A model generated the notes under the pieces. The model did no database searches and was not told the DNA's origin. It worked only from the letters and a program-made list of their open reading frames with translations. A stretch of DNA of 64,000 bases from Basidiobolus meristosporus CBS 931.73 (Eukaryota > Fungi > Basidiobolomycota). Position numbers and translations under genes: made by a program. The stretch lies in the NCBI GenBank assembly GCA_002104905.1, contig MCFE01000417.1:1-64000 (forward strand), written 5' to 3'. This document shows positions 26,301-40,300 of this stretch, piece after piece. Every line of letters starts with the position of its first letter. The first letter of the stretch is position 1.

Positions 26301-28299
26301 GCTGAGCCAAGAACACAAGGGAAAGAGCTACCCTGTTGCCTTTGAATCCAAGAAACTGAACTCAGCAGAGCAAAACTATCCAGTTCATGAGAAGGAGATG
26401 CTTGCTATAATACACTGTTTGAAGACATGGAGATGCTATATTGAAGGAGTCAAATGCACTGTGAAGACTGATCATGCCTCCCTCAAGTATATATTTACTC
26501 AGAAGGTACTCTCTAGAAGAATGACAAGATGGAGTGAATACATTCAGCAATTTGACCTGGAGATTGTCTACTGTCCTGGAAAAAACAACACAGTAGCTGA
26601 TGCCTTATCAAGATTAGATCAAGTTGCACAACTCAACTTGGTGCATGAATCAGATTGGCCTAGCCTATTACCAAAGTACTTGGAGGACCAAGCCATTCCT
26701 AATGAGGTGGATGAAGATATCAAGAAGATAATCCATGATGAAGCCAGCAAATTTGTTGTACAGAATGAAACACTCTACCAAATTGTTGATGGAAGCCCTA
26801 TTGCCTATTGTCCTTATGTTGCTCACCTGGATTTAATACATAAGCTACACAATGGATATGGACATCTTGGGATTGAAGGAACCTATAGCCTTGTGAAAGC
26901 CAGAGCATGGTGGCCCAGAATGAAACAAGACATTGAGAAGCTAGTAAAAACATGCCCAAACTGCCAAATCAATCAAGGCCAGCCACAAAGAATTGCTGAA
27001 CTCTTCCCTTTGGAGCCTGTAAGACCATTTGAGAGATGGGGAATTGACTTTATTGGAAGACTACCAACTACCAGGAAATGCAACCATTGGATCCTAGTAG
27101 CTATTGACCATGCCACTAAATGGCCAGTTGCTAAAGCTGTACCAATAGCCAGTGAACAAGAAGTTGCAAGTTTCATTTACCATGAGATCCTGATGAAGTT
27201 TGGATGCCCTGTGGAGATCTTATCCAATAGAGGTGCAAACTTTATGGCAAAGACATTAGAGGCTTACCTGGAAATGCAGCAGATCAGACACTTGAAAACC
27301 TCGGCATATCACCCCAGAACTAATGGAGTCACTGAGCGGTTTGATGGATTATTTGGAAAAATGCTGACCAAGTATGCAAATGGAGTTGTCAGTAGATGGG
27401 ATGAGTATATAGACCAAGCACTCTTTGCATGCAGAGTCAGAGTACACAACACCACCCAGCAATCACCATTTTACTTAGTTTATGGATGTGAACCAAGGAT
27501 TCCAGGAGATCTCACACAACCAAAGCTTACAGACACCTTAGAAGATGAACTCAGTCAGCAAAGTAGACTCCAGCAACTGGAACAAAGACATCAAGAGGCA
27601 CAGACCAAAGTATCTCAAAGTGCAGAAAAGATGAAGCAGAGATTTGATAAGACTATAGCACCAGAAGCATTGACAGTTGGGAACTTTGTATTGCTAAGAA
27701 ACAACACTTGGAAGAAGTTTGAGCCACAATGGACAGGACCATTCAAGATCATCAGAGAATGTCCATTTGCAACTTACCAACTGGTGGACAAAAAGGCAAT
27801 ATCCGGGAAGACTTAGTGCATAGGGACAGACTCAAGCGTGCAAGACTTGCTGATAATACTGAACCTTCAAGATATTGGTATCACAAGAAAAGAGATTCAG
27901 GAGAACCCTCTCAACTTTAGTAGGGGAGAATGTTATGATCTGCTGCTTGAATGTTTAAGTTAGATCAGTTTTTTAGTCAAATCAATTAGTATATGTTTAG
28001 GTTATCAGTATATCAGTATTATCTATGAAATCAGTAGCATTGGTCAGCAAATGAATCAGCAGATCCTTATCAGACAGAAATAGATATATTAAGTAGGATC
28101 TTTTTGGGTGATGATGATGCAATCAGATGATTCGTCAGCCACAACCTACATTAGGAAATACAATTAGTCAGCAATTGATCTGGCAAAATGTATATAAGGA
28201 GCTGCTGGAACCTCAATAAAAATCAGTTCAAGTTTTAGTGAATACAATACTAGGTAAACTCCCTATTCCTCTACAACTCTTATACCAAGACTTGTAACA
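23361..28299 (+). mobile_element. Ty3/gypsy LTR retrotransposon gypsy-1, near-intact
   Basis: 369-bp LTRs at 23361-23729 and 27931-28299 (9 mismatches by eye); 4-bp TSD CAAA; PBS TGGTAGCAGC at 23731; PPT TAGGGGAGAA. Confidence 0.98.
23788..27816 (+). CDS. Single-frame gag-pol polyprotein (gag, CCHC, protease, RT, RNase H, integrase); natural end probably 27920
   Basis: [14 protein letters not shown]; IMIDSGA; [14 protein letters not shown]; [12 protein letters not shown]; H..GH..C..C; WGIDFIG, ILSNRG (D->N), GVTERF. 1-nt frameshift in an A-run at ~27790. Confidence 0.95.
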   Translation: MSENQEWKNAMQQILAQQQQLFQILSQQQQGMTTMAQSQQSPVKSNFSVKVNRYHGRVNENLGTWLFQIEEAFKAKGIAPESKLHYAASYLADAALQWYHNKIRSATMMGCSTISTWDEFVSEIQDAFEPPHQQTLLRRKLKTLRQKGMVQEYIYEYRCLLGQIERMDPLDQVEYFIDGLKERTRKEVNYQRPQTIEEAIKIAIDYDSAMFGVGKPTVTNQKGYNHYERRQSEVVPMEIDAMQKNPSSEECKKRGLCFNCHQQGHIAKYCPQRRNGHQPTRAFNHIESHEHSNVEDELEEDLELTFHMTEEYLSQMTSNSGKLLYLNGVINGVPAKIMIDSGALHEYMSEQFALKAGINSEPTKSTSVSTADGNSHIINRITQPVRMKINDYEEDLQAYIFGNCKFDLVLGKTWIFCRNPSINWRTHATQIQKDNKTYELLPARLDFNLVNSSACEASELSKTQFCRALRKGTQMFLMAVLQEDPSTPAPQQVQTLLKKYSDVFPDELVSLPPVRDVDDAIDTGDSPPVSKTPYRMSPLELEEMKRQIDQLLEQGYIRPSKSPWGAPVLFVKKKDGTLRMCIDYRALNSVTVKNKYPLPWIDELLDQLNGATIFSRIDLMSGYNQIRVKPEDIPKTAFRTRYGHYKYLVMSFNLTNAPATFMTLMQTVFQEYLDKFVIIYLDDRLIYSKTEEDHVVHIDKVLKKLRENKLYGKLAKCEFFKEQVEYLGHIVTSTGVTLDPKKVEVIKNLKQPHSISELRSFLGMVSYYRRFVKSFASIAAPLTDILKKVNTYKWDIACETAFQMLKNELAKLPSLRIPDFRKEFTLCTDASNYAIGGVLSQEHKGKSYPVAFESKKLNSAEQNYPVHEKEMLAIIHCLKTWRCYIEGVKCTVKTDHASLKYIFTQKVLSRRMTRWSEYIQQFDLEIVYCPGKNNTVADALSRLDQVAQLNLVHESDWPSLLPKYLEDQAIPNEVDEDIKKIIHDEASKFVVQNETLYQIVDGSPIAYCPYVAHLDLIHKLHNGYGHLGIEGTYSLVKARAWWPRMKQDIEKLVKTCPNCQINQGQPQRIAELFPLEPVRPFERWGIDFIGRLPTTRKCNHWILVAIDHATKWPVAKAVPIASEQEVASFIYHEILMKFGCPVEILSNRGANFMAKTLEAYLEMQQIRHLKTSAYHPRTNGVTERFDGLFGKMLTKYANGVVSRWDEYIDQALFACRVRVHNTTQQSPFYLVYGCEPRIPGDLTQPKLTDTLEDELSQQSRLQQLEQRHQEAQTKVSQSAEKMKQRFDKTIAPEALTVGNFVLLRNNTWKKFEPQWTGPFKIIRECPFATYQLVDKKAISGKT

Positions 28300-28643
28300 C
28301 AAAATTGCTCCTGTACAGCTTCCTTTTCAAGTACCCTCACTCTCAGCTCATTTTTGATTTCAATACTGCCTTATTATATATTTTCTTACATTCATCTGCT
28401 GGCATCTTGATGTAGAACTCATGCCACAGCTTTGTACTCAGGTTCTTTCATCTTGCTCAACTTTCTGAGGTATCTAGTTCTGCTAGATTAATGAGTAGTG
28501 CCCAAATATCTGTATGAAGGCTCATCATAAACACTTGGGCCATACTAAAATCATTTGGCCAGAACTCAAACGGATATGACAATGACTCTCCCAGTCTGGA
28601 CTGCACTTGTAAGCTATGGGATGGGTTTTGTCTGGGTTGTACT

Positions 28644-28992
28644 TGTTGAAATATCAGAGAGATATATTGGAAGTGAATTGGAGAATTAGAAGATTTACAT
28701 GATATTCCCTTGATGTTTTATTGAGTTGCAACACAGTATTTATACTTATTGCAGAACTACGTAAATGTGACTATTTGGTCATTATTAGGGGAGTCTCAGG
28801 AGTACATGTGCCAAGTTTCAGCTCATTTGGACAAGTTTCAGATTTTCCTAAAATTCTGTACTTCTCTAATTCCTGATAATTAGTAAATATCTTACCAACT
28901 AATTTCCATGCTGATAATCTGAAATATATCATTTCACTAAGTGCTAGTTCATAATATATTAATAATTAGGTGGACTCCTAATTATTTCAACA
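28644..28992. repeat. Solo LTR of copia-2, 349 bp
   Basis: TGTTGAAAT...TTTCAACA; perfect 5-bp TSD GTACT; homolog of 16018-16365. Confidence 0.93.
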
Positions 28993-29052
28993 GTACTAAG
29001 GTGAGTTGAGACTTTGTATAGGGACCACAGTAATGAATTTGGATACTTACAC

Positions 29053-31160
29053 TGTTGCAATTTAAGAAGTGATTTGGATATAAGGAACTTATCAAGAAAT
29101 AGTGATAATAGTTGAACTGTTGTTTATTCATAAAGAAGCTCAGTATTTATACCTTTGTAGAAGTGATACAGCTGTAACACTAAGTAGGGAGGGTTTCTCA
29201 ATATTCAGGAGCATTCTGTAACAGTTTCAGGGTTAGTACATAATGTTTGGTAATAGTGTAATTTTATCCTGACTATAGGGAAATAATCATAAGATCATAT
29301 ATCTGGAGAAAGTGGCAAAGTTAAGGCAGTAAATGAGCCCTACAGTGACTAAGACTAGTCTAGAATTGTTAAGTAAATTTTTAGCTGCTGAATGTTACCA
29401 AATAGTCCACTATCTCAACACTCCCTCTCAACTAATTAATTTCTTAATCCCAATTTCTCTCTAAGGATCTCAAACTGTGGCCTAGCTAGTGGTTTTGTCA
29501 ATATGTCTGCCACCATTTTGTCAGTTGGGCAGTAAATTAGCTCCACTAAGTTATTTTCTACAGCTTACCTCACAAAGTGATGCTGTATATCAATGTGCTT
29601 AGTTCTGCCATGATTAGTAGGATTTCTAGCTAATGAAATACAACTTTGATTATCCTTGTAAATACATGTTGGTTCACCTGAATTAAAACCTAAGTCTTGA
29701 ATAATTTTTGTAGCCATATAGCCTCCTTAGCTTGACATGCAGCCATATATTTGGCTTCAGTTGTAGATAGTGCCACAGTTGGTTGTTTCTTGCAATTCCA
29801 GGTAATACCTGCACCAGCATAAAGAAATACATAGCCTGTGGTAGAGCATCTGTCAATCAGATCCCTACCCCAATCTGAATCACTATAACCATCAAATTTG
29901 AGCCTATTAGCTGCGCCAGAGTATTCCAGTACCATATTTATGGTACCTTGTAGATATCTGAAAATCCGCTTAACTGCTGCAATTTGATCTTATCCATAAT
30001 TCTGCATGGATTGACTGACTATTCCAACTGCCACTGCAATATCTGGACGTGTAGACACCATCAAGTACATTAGGCTACCAGCCATTGATTGATAGGGAAA
30101 GTTTTGGTCCATATTTGAGCCGTTTTCATCTGTAACTGGCTGAGATTTGCTTAAGTTCAGGTTATTGTCCATAGGGGTTGCTGCAGGTTTGCAATTTTCC
30201 ATTTTGAAGCATCTGAGAATGTCCCTGATGTGCTTAGACTGATTCAGCACAATTTTCTGCGTAGGTATGTCAAATTTGACCTCAATTCCAAGAAAATAGC
30301 TCAATTTTCCAAGATCTTTCATCTCAATTTGCTGAAGAGATCTGATTTTGTCTGTTTAAGTGCCTCTTGGTCACTTGTAGCTATAATTAGGTCATCCACA
30401 TAAAGAACTAGGGTGATCACGCCCTTTTTGAGCTGTTTCACATATATACTGTGATCTGCAGTGCTACAAGAGAACCCAATTTCCTCTAGATATTTGACAA
30501 TGTTGTTATACCATGCTCTGGGTGCCTGCTTAAGCCCATACAAAGATTTTCTAAGTTTGCAAACCTTATCGGGGCCTTTTGAATCGATAAAACCTTTTGG
30601 TTGCTCCATATATATAGTTTCTTGCAAATCCCCATTTAGAAAGGCTGTTTTGACGTCCATTTGGTGTAAATCTAGACTATGTACAGCTGCCAGGGCTAGA
30701 ACTGTCCTAATAGAGTTAAACTTGGTAACCGGAGCAAATGTTTCCTTAAAGTCTAGTCCCTAGATCTGGGAATACCCTTTAGCTACCAATCTAGCCTTGT
30801 ACTTATCAACGGCACCATTTGAGGTTATCTTGATCTTGTAGACCCATCTACATCCTATTGGCTTCCTCCCATTTGGTAAATCTACCAGTTCCCATGTTTT
30901 TGCCTTGATCAATGATTGGTACTCCTCCTGCATGGCTTGTTGCCACTTAGTAGCATCTGGACTTTGCATTGCCTGTTCCAGATTCTGAGGTTTGGCACAA
31001 AAGGCAAGATAAGCTTCTTCATGATCATTTGATGTCTGCCACCAGGATCCAGGGGCATTTCTTATTCTGGTAGATCTCCTAACTGGGATAATCTGTTCTT
31101 ATCTGGAACTGGTAGAAGTATCTTCCATATCTGGGTGGATTTGGTACATATCTTCTTCAT
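29053..31160 (-). mobile_element. copia-3, 5'-truncated (3' LTR 29053-29420, RNase H, RT)
   Basis: PPT AGAGGGAG; DGYSDSDWG..RCSTTGY; TLVLYVDDLII; MDVKTAFLNGDL; WELVDLPNGRKPIGCRWVYK. Confidence 0.92.
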
Positions 31161-31689
31161 TAGTTTGTATCTTTATAAATTCCCTAATCCGGTATTTACA
31201 ACCCAACTTTGGAAACCTTGTAGGGCAATAGTTCTTGAAATAGCTGAGAAGCTTAACAAGGAATTGCCTTGAGTAGTTTGGGGTATATGGTCCACAGTAC
31301 TAGGTATAGCTCTCCTCTAGTGTGTCAATAGGAAATCCAGTGGTAGTGATGGGATTGATGAGAAAAGACCATTCAGATGAGTAAGTCCTATTAAAATTGG
31401 TAGAAGATCAGGCTGAGGTGGCTTGAATCAATTTGGCACAATCAGCTTTATTTATCTGATTTTCCATGCATTGTGATTAAATCTCCATCAATTGCCATGT
31501 CTCCCGTCATTATGTTGCAAAACCATCCTCAAACAATGACTGGGTATTTTTATAGATGTTTTACTCACAAGTCCATAATCAAATAGGAAATCTGCAATTG
31601 ATGTGGTTTGATCCATGTTAATGTGATCCAAGATGCATCATGCATAATATATGGAAGATTCTACAATAACATTAGTTTTCATATATATT

Positions 31690-33030
31690 TCATATAAGAT
31701 CAGATTGATGCCAATACACTACTGTATAAGTATCCAAATCTGTCACTATGGTCCCTATACCAAGTCTCAACTCATATTTAGTGCAACCCAGACAAAACCC
31801 ATCCTGCAGCTCACAAGCATGGTCTGGACCAGAAAAGTCAATGTTGGACCTGTATGAGTTCTTGCCAAATGATTTCAGTATGGCCTAAGTGTCTATAATA
31901 AGCCTTCATACAGATATTTGGGCACTACTCATTAATCTAGCAGAACTAGATACCTCAGAGAGTTGACAGAGATGGAAGAACCTGAGTAGAAAGCTGTGGC
32001 ATGAGTTTTACATTAAGATACCAGCAGATAAATGTAAGAAGAAATATAACAAGACAAGTATTGAAATTGAGAATGAGCTGAGAGTGAGAGGATTAAATGA
32101 GGAAGCCATGCTGGAACAATTTTGCATGCAGTTTGCCTAGTACAGGCCAGATGTGTCCGTTTGTGCCTTGACTTTGGGAACTTAAGAGATTTTGAATGAG
32201 TTTTTGCCTCAAATGACCAATGTATGATGTGATATATTAGTAGAGCTAAGTGGCTTCCAAGAGCAATATACACAGGACTCATCTAGGCAACAGTTCCAAA
32301 GTATTAGACAGAGGGTAGGTGAATACCTTGAGGAATCAGAAGGTGATCTTCAAGAGGAAAAATACAGACTGCAAGCAACACTGTCTAGACTGTGCCAGCA
32401 TTCCTTGCTGGATTCCTTACAATCCCATGTAGCTTCAGTGTGCCAGTGCACATCAGTCCAAACTACACCAATACCCTTCACAAGAGCATCCTGCATTGAG
32501 TCAATGTGTTTGAGGTCAATGCACATGCTTCAGAGCCAAACCACCAGAACTTGCCAAACTGCTCAAAAAGATGCAACTCCATTGGAGCAGGCCAAGTTGC
32601 ATCAACAAGCGGCATCACATTGAACTTAGCCAAGGGCCATGCCAGCGCATTAAGTTGTGTCTGTGCGTGCCATTACCCCTGACCATCAGTAAGTTTCTTC
32701 TGGTCAACTGACTGATGATGACCCACATGAAGTGCCTCCACCACCAGAGCCTTTGGCAAGTAAAAGAACATGTCAGCATGTAGCACTGCAGGCTGGCTCA
32801 GTTGCATCATCCAGAGCAATTCAGCATGGCCAAGCTGTAGCATTGCACTCATCAACTAAGAGTCAAAATACTGACTACAAATACACAAGTAGCCCAGAGG
32901 ATGGTCAACAAGAAAATAGTTTAGATGTGCAGAGTGAATCACTACCAAATCCTTCAGTAGTAATCCCTGTGATAAAAAATCTAGGAGAAGATGATTTAAT
33001 TGCATTGAATTGCTATTATTTGTAATGATC
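31690..33030 (+). mobile_element. Repeat 'W', plus copy, with decayed Myb/SANT(trihelix)-like ORF
   Basis: Frame at ~31913-32053: DIWALLINLAELDTSES(R)QRWKNLSRKLWHEFYIKIPADKCKKKYNK; cut at ~33030 by copia-1b. Confidence 0.6.
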
Positions 33031-36000
33031 ACAAGTAGATTATATGGTTTTCACTTAATGATTTATTGCATGTAAAAGTGGTAGTTATACTTTCACCTGG
33101 TCTTGGCATAGCAAACATGTAGAGTAGGTTAAGGAAGGTCCCAAGAACATGTGTGCAAAGTTTGGGGCTGTTTGGACAACTTTGAGAAGTTTCATGTTCT
33201 GGGTACCTGGTATCTTGGTGAAAATATTCTAAGTAAATCCCAACAAGGAATCTGGTCAGTATTCTCTAGGACTTGAGGGTAATGATCTAAGTAACTAAGT
33301 TAGGTGAATATTTAGGTGAAATTACAAATTTTTACAAGGCTCCCACTCAGCTAAATGTTCATACTGACTAGTCCTAAATTTGATCTAAGATATTCAAACT
33401 TGCCTCTAGCTAATGGTTTGGTATATATGTCTGCAATCATTTCATCTGTAGGACAGTAAACTAAGCTAACTAGGTTATTCTCTATAGTTTCACATATGAA
33501 ATGATGTCTAATATCTAGGTACTTAGTTCTAGCATGAAAGGTTGGATTTCTACCTAGTTGTATACACATTCTGATCAAGTTCTACATTCAAAAATGCAGT
33601 TTTTACATCCATTTGATGAATAAAAAACTTATACTTGGCTGCAATAGTTGATATTAATCTGTTGGAATTAAACTTGGCTGCCAGTGCAAAGGTCTCAGTA
33701 TAGTCAAGTCCTTTTGCTTGAGAGTATCCTTTGGCTACAAGTTGTGCTTTGTATCTTTCAACTGTACCATCAGTCTTGTCTTTTGTATTGAAGACCCATC
33801 CACATCCAATTGATTTTTAGTTGATTGGCAATTTGACTAAGTCCCAAGTTTGATTTTCCATCAGGGCCTGATATTCCTCAGTCATTGCAGATCTCCAAAG
33901 CTTTGTCTGAGGGCTATTTAGGGCCTCTTTTACAGTCTGGGGCTCATCAATATGGACTGAATAGGCATAGGCTAAGTTTGTACCCTTATTGATATAGTAA
34001 ATTGGGCTATATCTTGTCCCATTTGATCTCTAGGCATTTGATACTGGAATGCTCATTTCTGGGATATTTCTGGGCACTGATTCTGGCTGAACCACAGTTT
34101 TAGAGTCCTCTGGAGTGAGAAAATTCTCACTGTTTTGCTCTGATTCAATCCTGACAATTGGTGGACTTGAGATCAGAATTTTGACATCATCTGATGTCAT
34201 TTTTTGTGAAAATCTTGAATTTTCCTCAGACAACACATCTCTGGACTTGATTAGCTTCTTTACTTTGGTATTGTAGAGTCTGTATGCTTTACTCTCATTG
34301 CAGTAGCCCAAAATATGCATTTTACACTTTTTGGCTCAGATATTGACTGATTTCCGGGCAGTTTCTTGGTATATGCTGTACACCTAATATTCTTAGATGT
34401 TCTGCACTTGGTCTGTATCAGTACCATGCTTCAAATGGAGTAGAATCACAAAGTATTCTGTTATAACCCCTATTTTTAAGGTATACAGCGGTGGCAACTG
34501 ATTCCGCCCAAAAATCATAGGATAATTTTTGAGCATGGATCATAGATCTTGCCATATCAGTTATTGATCTGTTAGAATGTTTGGCTACTCCATTTTGCTG
34601 AGGAGAGTAGGATACAGTAGTCTCTTGCTTTATCACCTGAATCTTGCAGAAGTGAATGAAGAGCTTTGAGGTATATTCTCCAACATTGTCAGGGGGTATT
34701 TTCTTAATTTTTTCACCAGTATCTCTCTCCACCCTGGCATTAAACTCCCTGAACTTAGACAGAGCTTCTTCCTTTTGCTCCATGAAGTAAACCCATGTGT
34801 ATCTTGTATAATCATCAATAAAAGTAATTAAATACTGCATCCCACCTAAGGATAAATTTTGCATAGGTCCACACAGATCTGAGTGAATTAGATCTAATTT
34901 TTTCTTAGTTTTGATTAACCCAGAGCTCTTGAACAGTTGTCTGGCTTGTTTCCCATATATGTAGGCTTCACAGTGCTCCAAATTAGCTGGGGGATCAACT
35001 TTTACTCCAGAAATTAGCTGATCTTTGATCATTTTGCGCAAATAATCAAAATTGATGTGCTGAATCTCCTGTGCCAAAGCATTGGTGTTTCTTCTTTTAA
35101 GTTACTTATATAGGCTTCCAAATTGGATGGAATATAGGTCAACTTGTATAGATTCTGATCTCTGATACCCAAAGCAATATGGGCACCATTTTAATCAGTG
35201 ATCTTGCCTCCAAAATTGTCAAAGCTGAAACTGAGTCCTTCTGCAGTGGCCTTGCTTACAGATAGTAGGTTCTTGGCTATATCTGGTACATAGAGTACTT
35301 CTTTGAAAGTCAGTGTATGGCTTCCTCAACTGCTTCTTAGGTTTACTTGGATAGTTCCTTCTCCCACTGCATCAAGTGTTCTATTGTCACCCATGAAAAC
35401 CTTCTTAATTGGAATCTCTTGATATGGGTAAAAAGTTCCTTTTGGTGTGTAAAGTGTTGAGATGCTCCAGAGTCAAATACCACGTCTGAAAATCCTTGTT
35501 TGTGGTCATATTCAGTGCAAATATGAATAGTCTATCTTCAGTTGTTGCAGCATTTCCATATTCAGGCTTTTTCTGCTAACTATCTTTCTTTTTGAAGCAC
35601 TAGTCTAATGTGTGTCCTTTACTTTTGTAGTAGTTACAGAACAGGTTGCTGTTGCCTTTGTAGGGTATTGGGTACCTTCTTTGCTGGTTACCACTGCTTA
35701 TTAAAGTATTTTCTTCTTCCTTCTTATTGGTGCTTGATTTTCTTAATTCTTCATCCAGGAGCCTCCCATATAAGTATTTTAAGGTCAAATCTTGAGTTCT
35801 GGACTCTAGGACTGCTACAAGGCCCTGAAACCTGTCTGTCAGGCTATTCAGGATGGTAACTAGCACATCCTCATTAGTGGTTGGTGTGAGTACTAAATGC
35901 AGTACCCACTCTTTGCCCAAGAGTTCTCCCCAGAGTCCTACCCAAAGTCCCCCAGTATCCTCCCTATGATTCCCCCGCCTGCCCTCCCTCCTATCCCTAC

Positions 36001-37318
36001 CCTTATCTAGCTAGAACACTTACCATAGCAGGAAGGTACTCACACCCCTATTTTATAACACATTGTCTATTATCTAAGCCCCCCAAGTAATACATATATT
36101 CACACAATTGAACCAAGACAAGGGATTTTGGGACAGAATAAACACAAGTCTTGATTACCTTGCTACCTTCTATTGGAAGCTATTCTGAGCCAAGTGGTAC
36201 TGACCTGACCTACAAGCTCTCCCACTCACCCAGTACAGTCAGTAATAACCCACATATTTGGTGCCGTCTCTGCGGAAATAAGCACAAGTGAGGTAATGAC
36301 TACTTCAATCAAACTAAAAACATACAAGGGAAAGAGAGAGAAAGCCCTTTGAGTGGCTTGATAAGTTTGAGAGAGTTGCGGTTGATGCAGGATGCGACAA
36401 CAATAAGAAAGTGTGGGATTTCACATGACATATGGAAGGGTTGGCATGGCAATGGCACTATGGGTTGGAAGATGCAGTTAAAGACAACTGGGATGCACTA
36501 GAAGAAGCCTACAAGACATGTTTTCTATATGCCAAAGGACACCACTACAAAGCCCTTCTACTGTCCTCATGGAAGAAAAGCAGTGGGAGCTATGAAGCCT
36601 ACACTGAGCTGTTTCTCCAACAAGATGAATGTCTCCCAAAGGACAAAATTGCCAAACAACAGCTCATGAGGTATTACATCATGGGCTTAGACAACAAAAT
36701 AAGACGTAGGGCATCCAAAGAACAACAGGGATGTAAAATGCTGCAAAAGTTGGTTGAAGAAGTACAAGGGGTCATCTTACTATGGGGGCTACCTTATGGT
36801 GATACAAATGATTGAAGGACAGGGATCCCCCGTAAGAAAGGAAAAATTGCATCCTCAAAAGACCGTGAGTTGGAGGAATTACAGCAAAAGGTCCAAGAAC
36901 TCTTGATCAACAATGTCCAAGAAGTCCCCAAAGAAGGTGATAAACTCTGGGAAGCTGTTGTAGACTAAAAGGCCCAGGTACAAGCCCTGACCAAACAGAT
37001 GGAACAACTGCAACAACAATACCTGTGTTATGTATGTGAAGAAGTAGGCCTTCAAGCCCACAAATGTGAAAAATGGTACAGACAAGAACCTGTACCAGAC
37101 ACAAAAGAGAAGAAGGCATCAAAAGACAGAGTCCCTTGCCAGGAGGCCAACGGGACTCAGTCAATTTAAGCCCTCCAGTTAGAACAGTTAAAGTATGAAA
37201 GAAGAAGCGTTTACATGATGATTCTAGAGAGGAGGCAAAGGAACCTGTAGTAGAGGTTCCGTCAAAAGGAGAGAACACGGAATTAGGTGAAGAGGTACAG
37301 AATGAGCCTTGGGAAGAA

Positions 37319-40300
37319 GTGTTGAAGCAAACAAAGAATGCTAATACGTCTTCCCATGGCCTATTCCCCATAATGAAAGTACTAGAGCAAACCAAGGCAA
37401 CCCTCCCAATAACCTATTTACTGGGACTGGCCCTGGCTCTAGTCAAGAAATGCATAGAGGGTTTGAAGGAGATAATGACTCTTCATGTCAACCAGATGGT
37501 ACTGCAAAAACCAAATAAAGGTACATACGTAAAGGTACATATAGAGAATAAGGAGATTCTTGCCCTTATTGACACTGGATCCTCTATGTTCTTCATGTCA
37601 GAATCATTAGCCAAACGTCTAAAATTAGATATAGTCCCCAACAACACCATTTGGGTATGGCTAGCAAATGACCAACTGGACACAACAGTAGGAGTGGTGC
37701 CTAATTGCCCCATCCAGCTAGGAAACTTGATTATACACCAAGATGTTATGGTTCTACCCATTGCAGCCAACTGCTTACTCATTGGTGAGAGTTGGTTCAT
37801 CCAACATAAGATGGATATACTCTACAGTGCATCTGAACTCAGGTGGGATACCAAGAGTATCCCACTGATTCATATCACCAATGAGAGCAAGGTGCATAGC
37901 AACAGTGTGACAATCAAAGAAGTGAAACTGTTGCAGTCTTCGATCATCACACAAAAGGGGATAAAAATACCACCCACCAGTGAGATGGTGATCTCATTAG
38001 AGACACCAATAGCTTATTTGACAAGCAGAAGAATGATAACTGCAGCAAAAGCATTCAAGCAACTGGAAGGAATCTTGATCCCTACAGTATGGATACCACC
38101 AAAATTTCAAACGCAAAGTTTGAAGTGCTTAGTGGTTAACAACAGGCAAAACGCAGTGACATTGCCTAGAGGATTGCCATTGTTAAACCTAGAGGAAGTA
38201 GACAGAAACAACCAAGGGCCACCTACAAACAAGGAACAAGAAGAAGAACTCCCCAAACTAGATGTGGACCCCAATCTACCGCCTGCATTACAAGACAAGT
38301 TCCTAGAAGGAATATGCCTGCTTGCCCAAGTATTCTCTAAGAACCAAGTAATTGGTCATATACCTGGGGTATATCACCAAATCCACCTCACCAACAAATA
38401 CCCCATCAAGCAAAAAGCCTACATGAACTTGGAAATTGACACGGACTATATCAAAGAGACAATTGAAACTTTATTGAAAGACAACATCATTACAGAGAGC
38501 CAGTCTCCGTGGGCCTCCCCCGTAGTGATAGTCCCAAAGAAAGTCAGGAAGCAATGCTTTTGCATCAACTACCAAAAATTGAATGCCGTGGCCCGGAAGG
38601 ACGTGTATCCACTACTGCAAATAGACAACCTGTTGGACAGATTAATTGGAGCTAAATATTTTAGCTCTCTTGACTTAATCTCCAGGTATTGGCAAGTAGA
38701 AGTAGCCCTAAAAGATCAACCCAAAACCGCTTTTATAACATTGTTTGGATTATACAAATAGAACCAACTACCCTTTGGCTTGTGCAATGCCCCTGCTATG
38801 TTCCAAAGGATGATCAACAAGGTGCTAGGAAATCTACAATGGGAATGCACTCTTGTGTATCTCAACAACATCACAATATATTCCCACAATGTAGAAGAAC
38901 ATATACACAACGTGCAACATATCCTGACAGCCCTCCTTGAGAAACAACTCAAACTACATCCCAAGAAGTGCCATTTCCTGTATACAAAATTGTTGCTCCT
39001 GGGCCACAAGATCTTGGCAGATGGATTATACCCATCTACTTTGCTCCTGAAAGCCGTTCAAGATACACCCGCACCAAAGGATATTAATGCAGTGTTTGGA
39101 TTCCTAGGATTAGCTGGCTACTATTGCCGCTTTGTCAAAAACTTTGCAACAATAGTAGCCCCCCTATACAAATTGACACAACAAGGCCAATATTTTGTAT
39201 GGTTGGAGCCTCAAAAGAGAGCATTCAATCAGCTGAAACATTCCCTGACGTCACCGCCAGTGTTACGCTTTCCCAATTGGGATGCAAGATTTTTTATTAA
39301 CTCTGATGGAAGTCTCACTGGTATAGGCGCCGTACTGGCACAATATCACCAAGCCAGCAAATTCCACCCAATTGGTTACGTGAGCCATTTTCTAAATGCT
39401 CAAACATTACTACCCCATTAGCAAGATAGAATGTCTGGCTGTTGTTTATTCAACTAAACAATTCCATACATACATACATGGTTGCCAACTCACAATAGTA
39501 ACGGACCACAGCGCACTGGTCTGGCTGATGAAAACTAAAGACTTTACTGGTTGACTAGCATGTTGGGCCCTCCAACTACAAGAATACAACTTTGAAATAT
39601 TTCATTGCGCTGGCAAAAAACACCAAGACGCAGACTTCCTCAGTTGCTATCCCGTTTGCCAGGCATGTGTCAGCAATGACTATGAAGACGTAATCTGCTT
39701 TAAAAGAAGAGGGAAGTATCCCAAACACATTGTTACAAACAAGCAGAAGAGAGACTTTTGGAAGAAATGGTGTTAGTACAGAGTACAAGAAAACCAATTA
39801 TGGTTCCTCCAAGGACAGTTCAGAGTCAAGGTACCCCCAATAACTGCCCGTGAAGAAATCATTCAAGAAAGACATATGTAATTAGGACATGCTGTGGTGG
39901 TGTAGAGGTACTCCTGGGAGAAGCTACACAACTCAAGGTGTGTGAGGTGTCTGATGGGTGCAATAACCTCTGTGTCTAAACTGTTGATGTCTTGGTCTAT
40001 ATGTCACTATGGTAAAAGCTCCTGCTTCTCTAGCTTCCTAAGTGCTCCAAGTGTCTCCAGAGGCCTCTGTGTGTCTTGTGCACTACCCTGAAAAGCTCCT
40101 TGGTGGTAGGTCTGAGATGTACTGTTGAAGGCAGGTGCAGTGATCAACTGCTAATCAATAAGGTAGAAGTGTTACTGATAGAAGGGATGATTTATTGATG
40201 AGGTATTACTTTCCCTTAAATACTTTTCCTGATTGCCAAGTGATTACTAATGACAAGGTTCTAGAAGATTCTAGGTATTGGTAAAATTCTTGATGACATC

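Larger units (their letters stand above)
22430..29052 (-). mobile_element. Unclassified repeat 'W' (Myb/SANT-like ORF), minus copy split by gypsy-1, a copia-2 solo LTR and copia-3
   Basis: Segments ~22430-23360, 28300-28643 and 28993-29052 align, reverse-complemented, to ~31690-33030 and rejoin seamlessly across both insertions. Confidence 0.7.

Noticed and set aside
35962-35969. CCCTATGA inside the gypsy-2 LTRs
   Set aside because: Internal to both LTRs with no EnSpm subterminal homology; chance match
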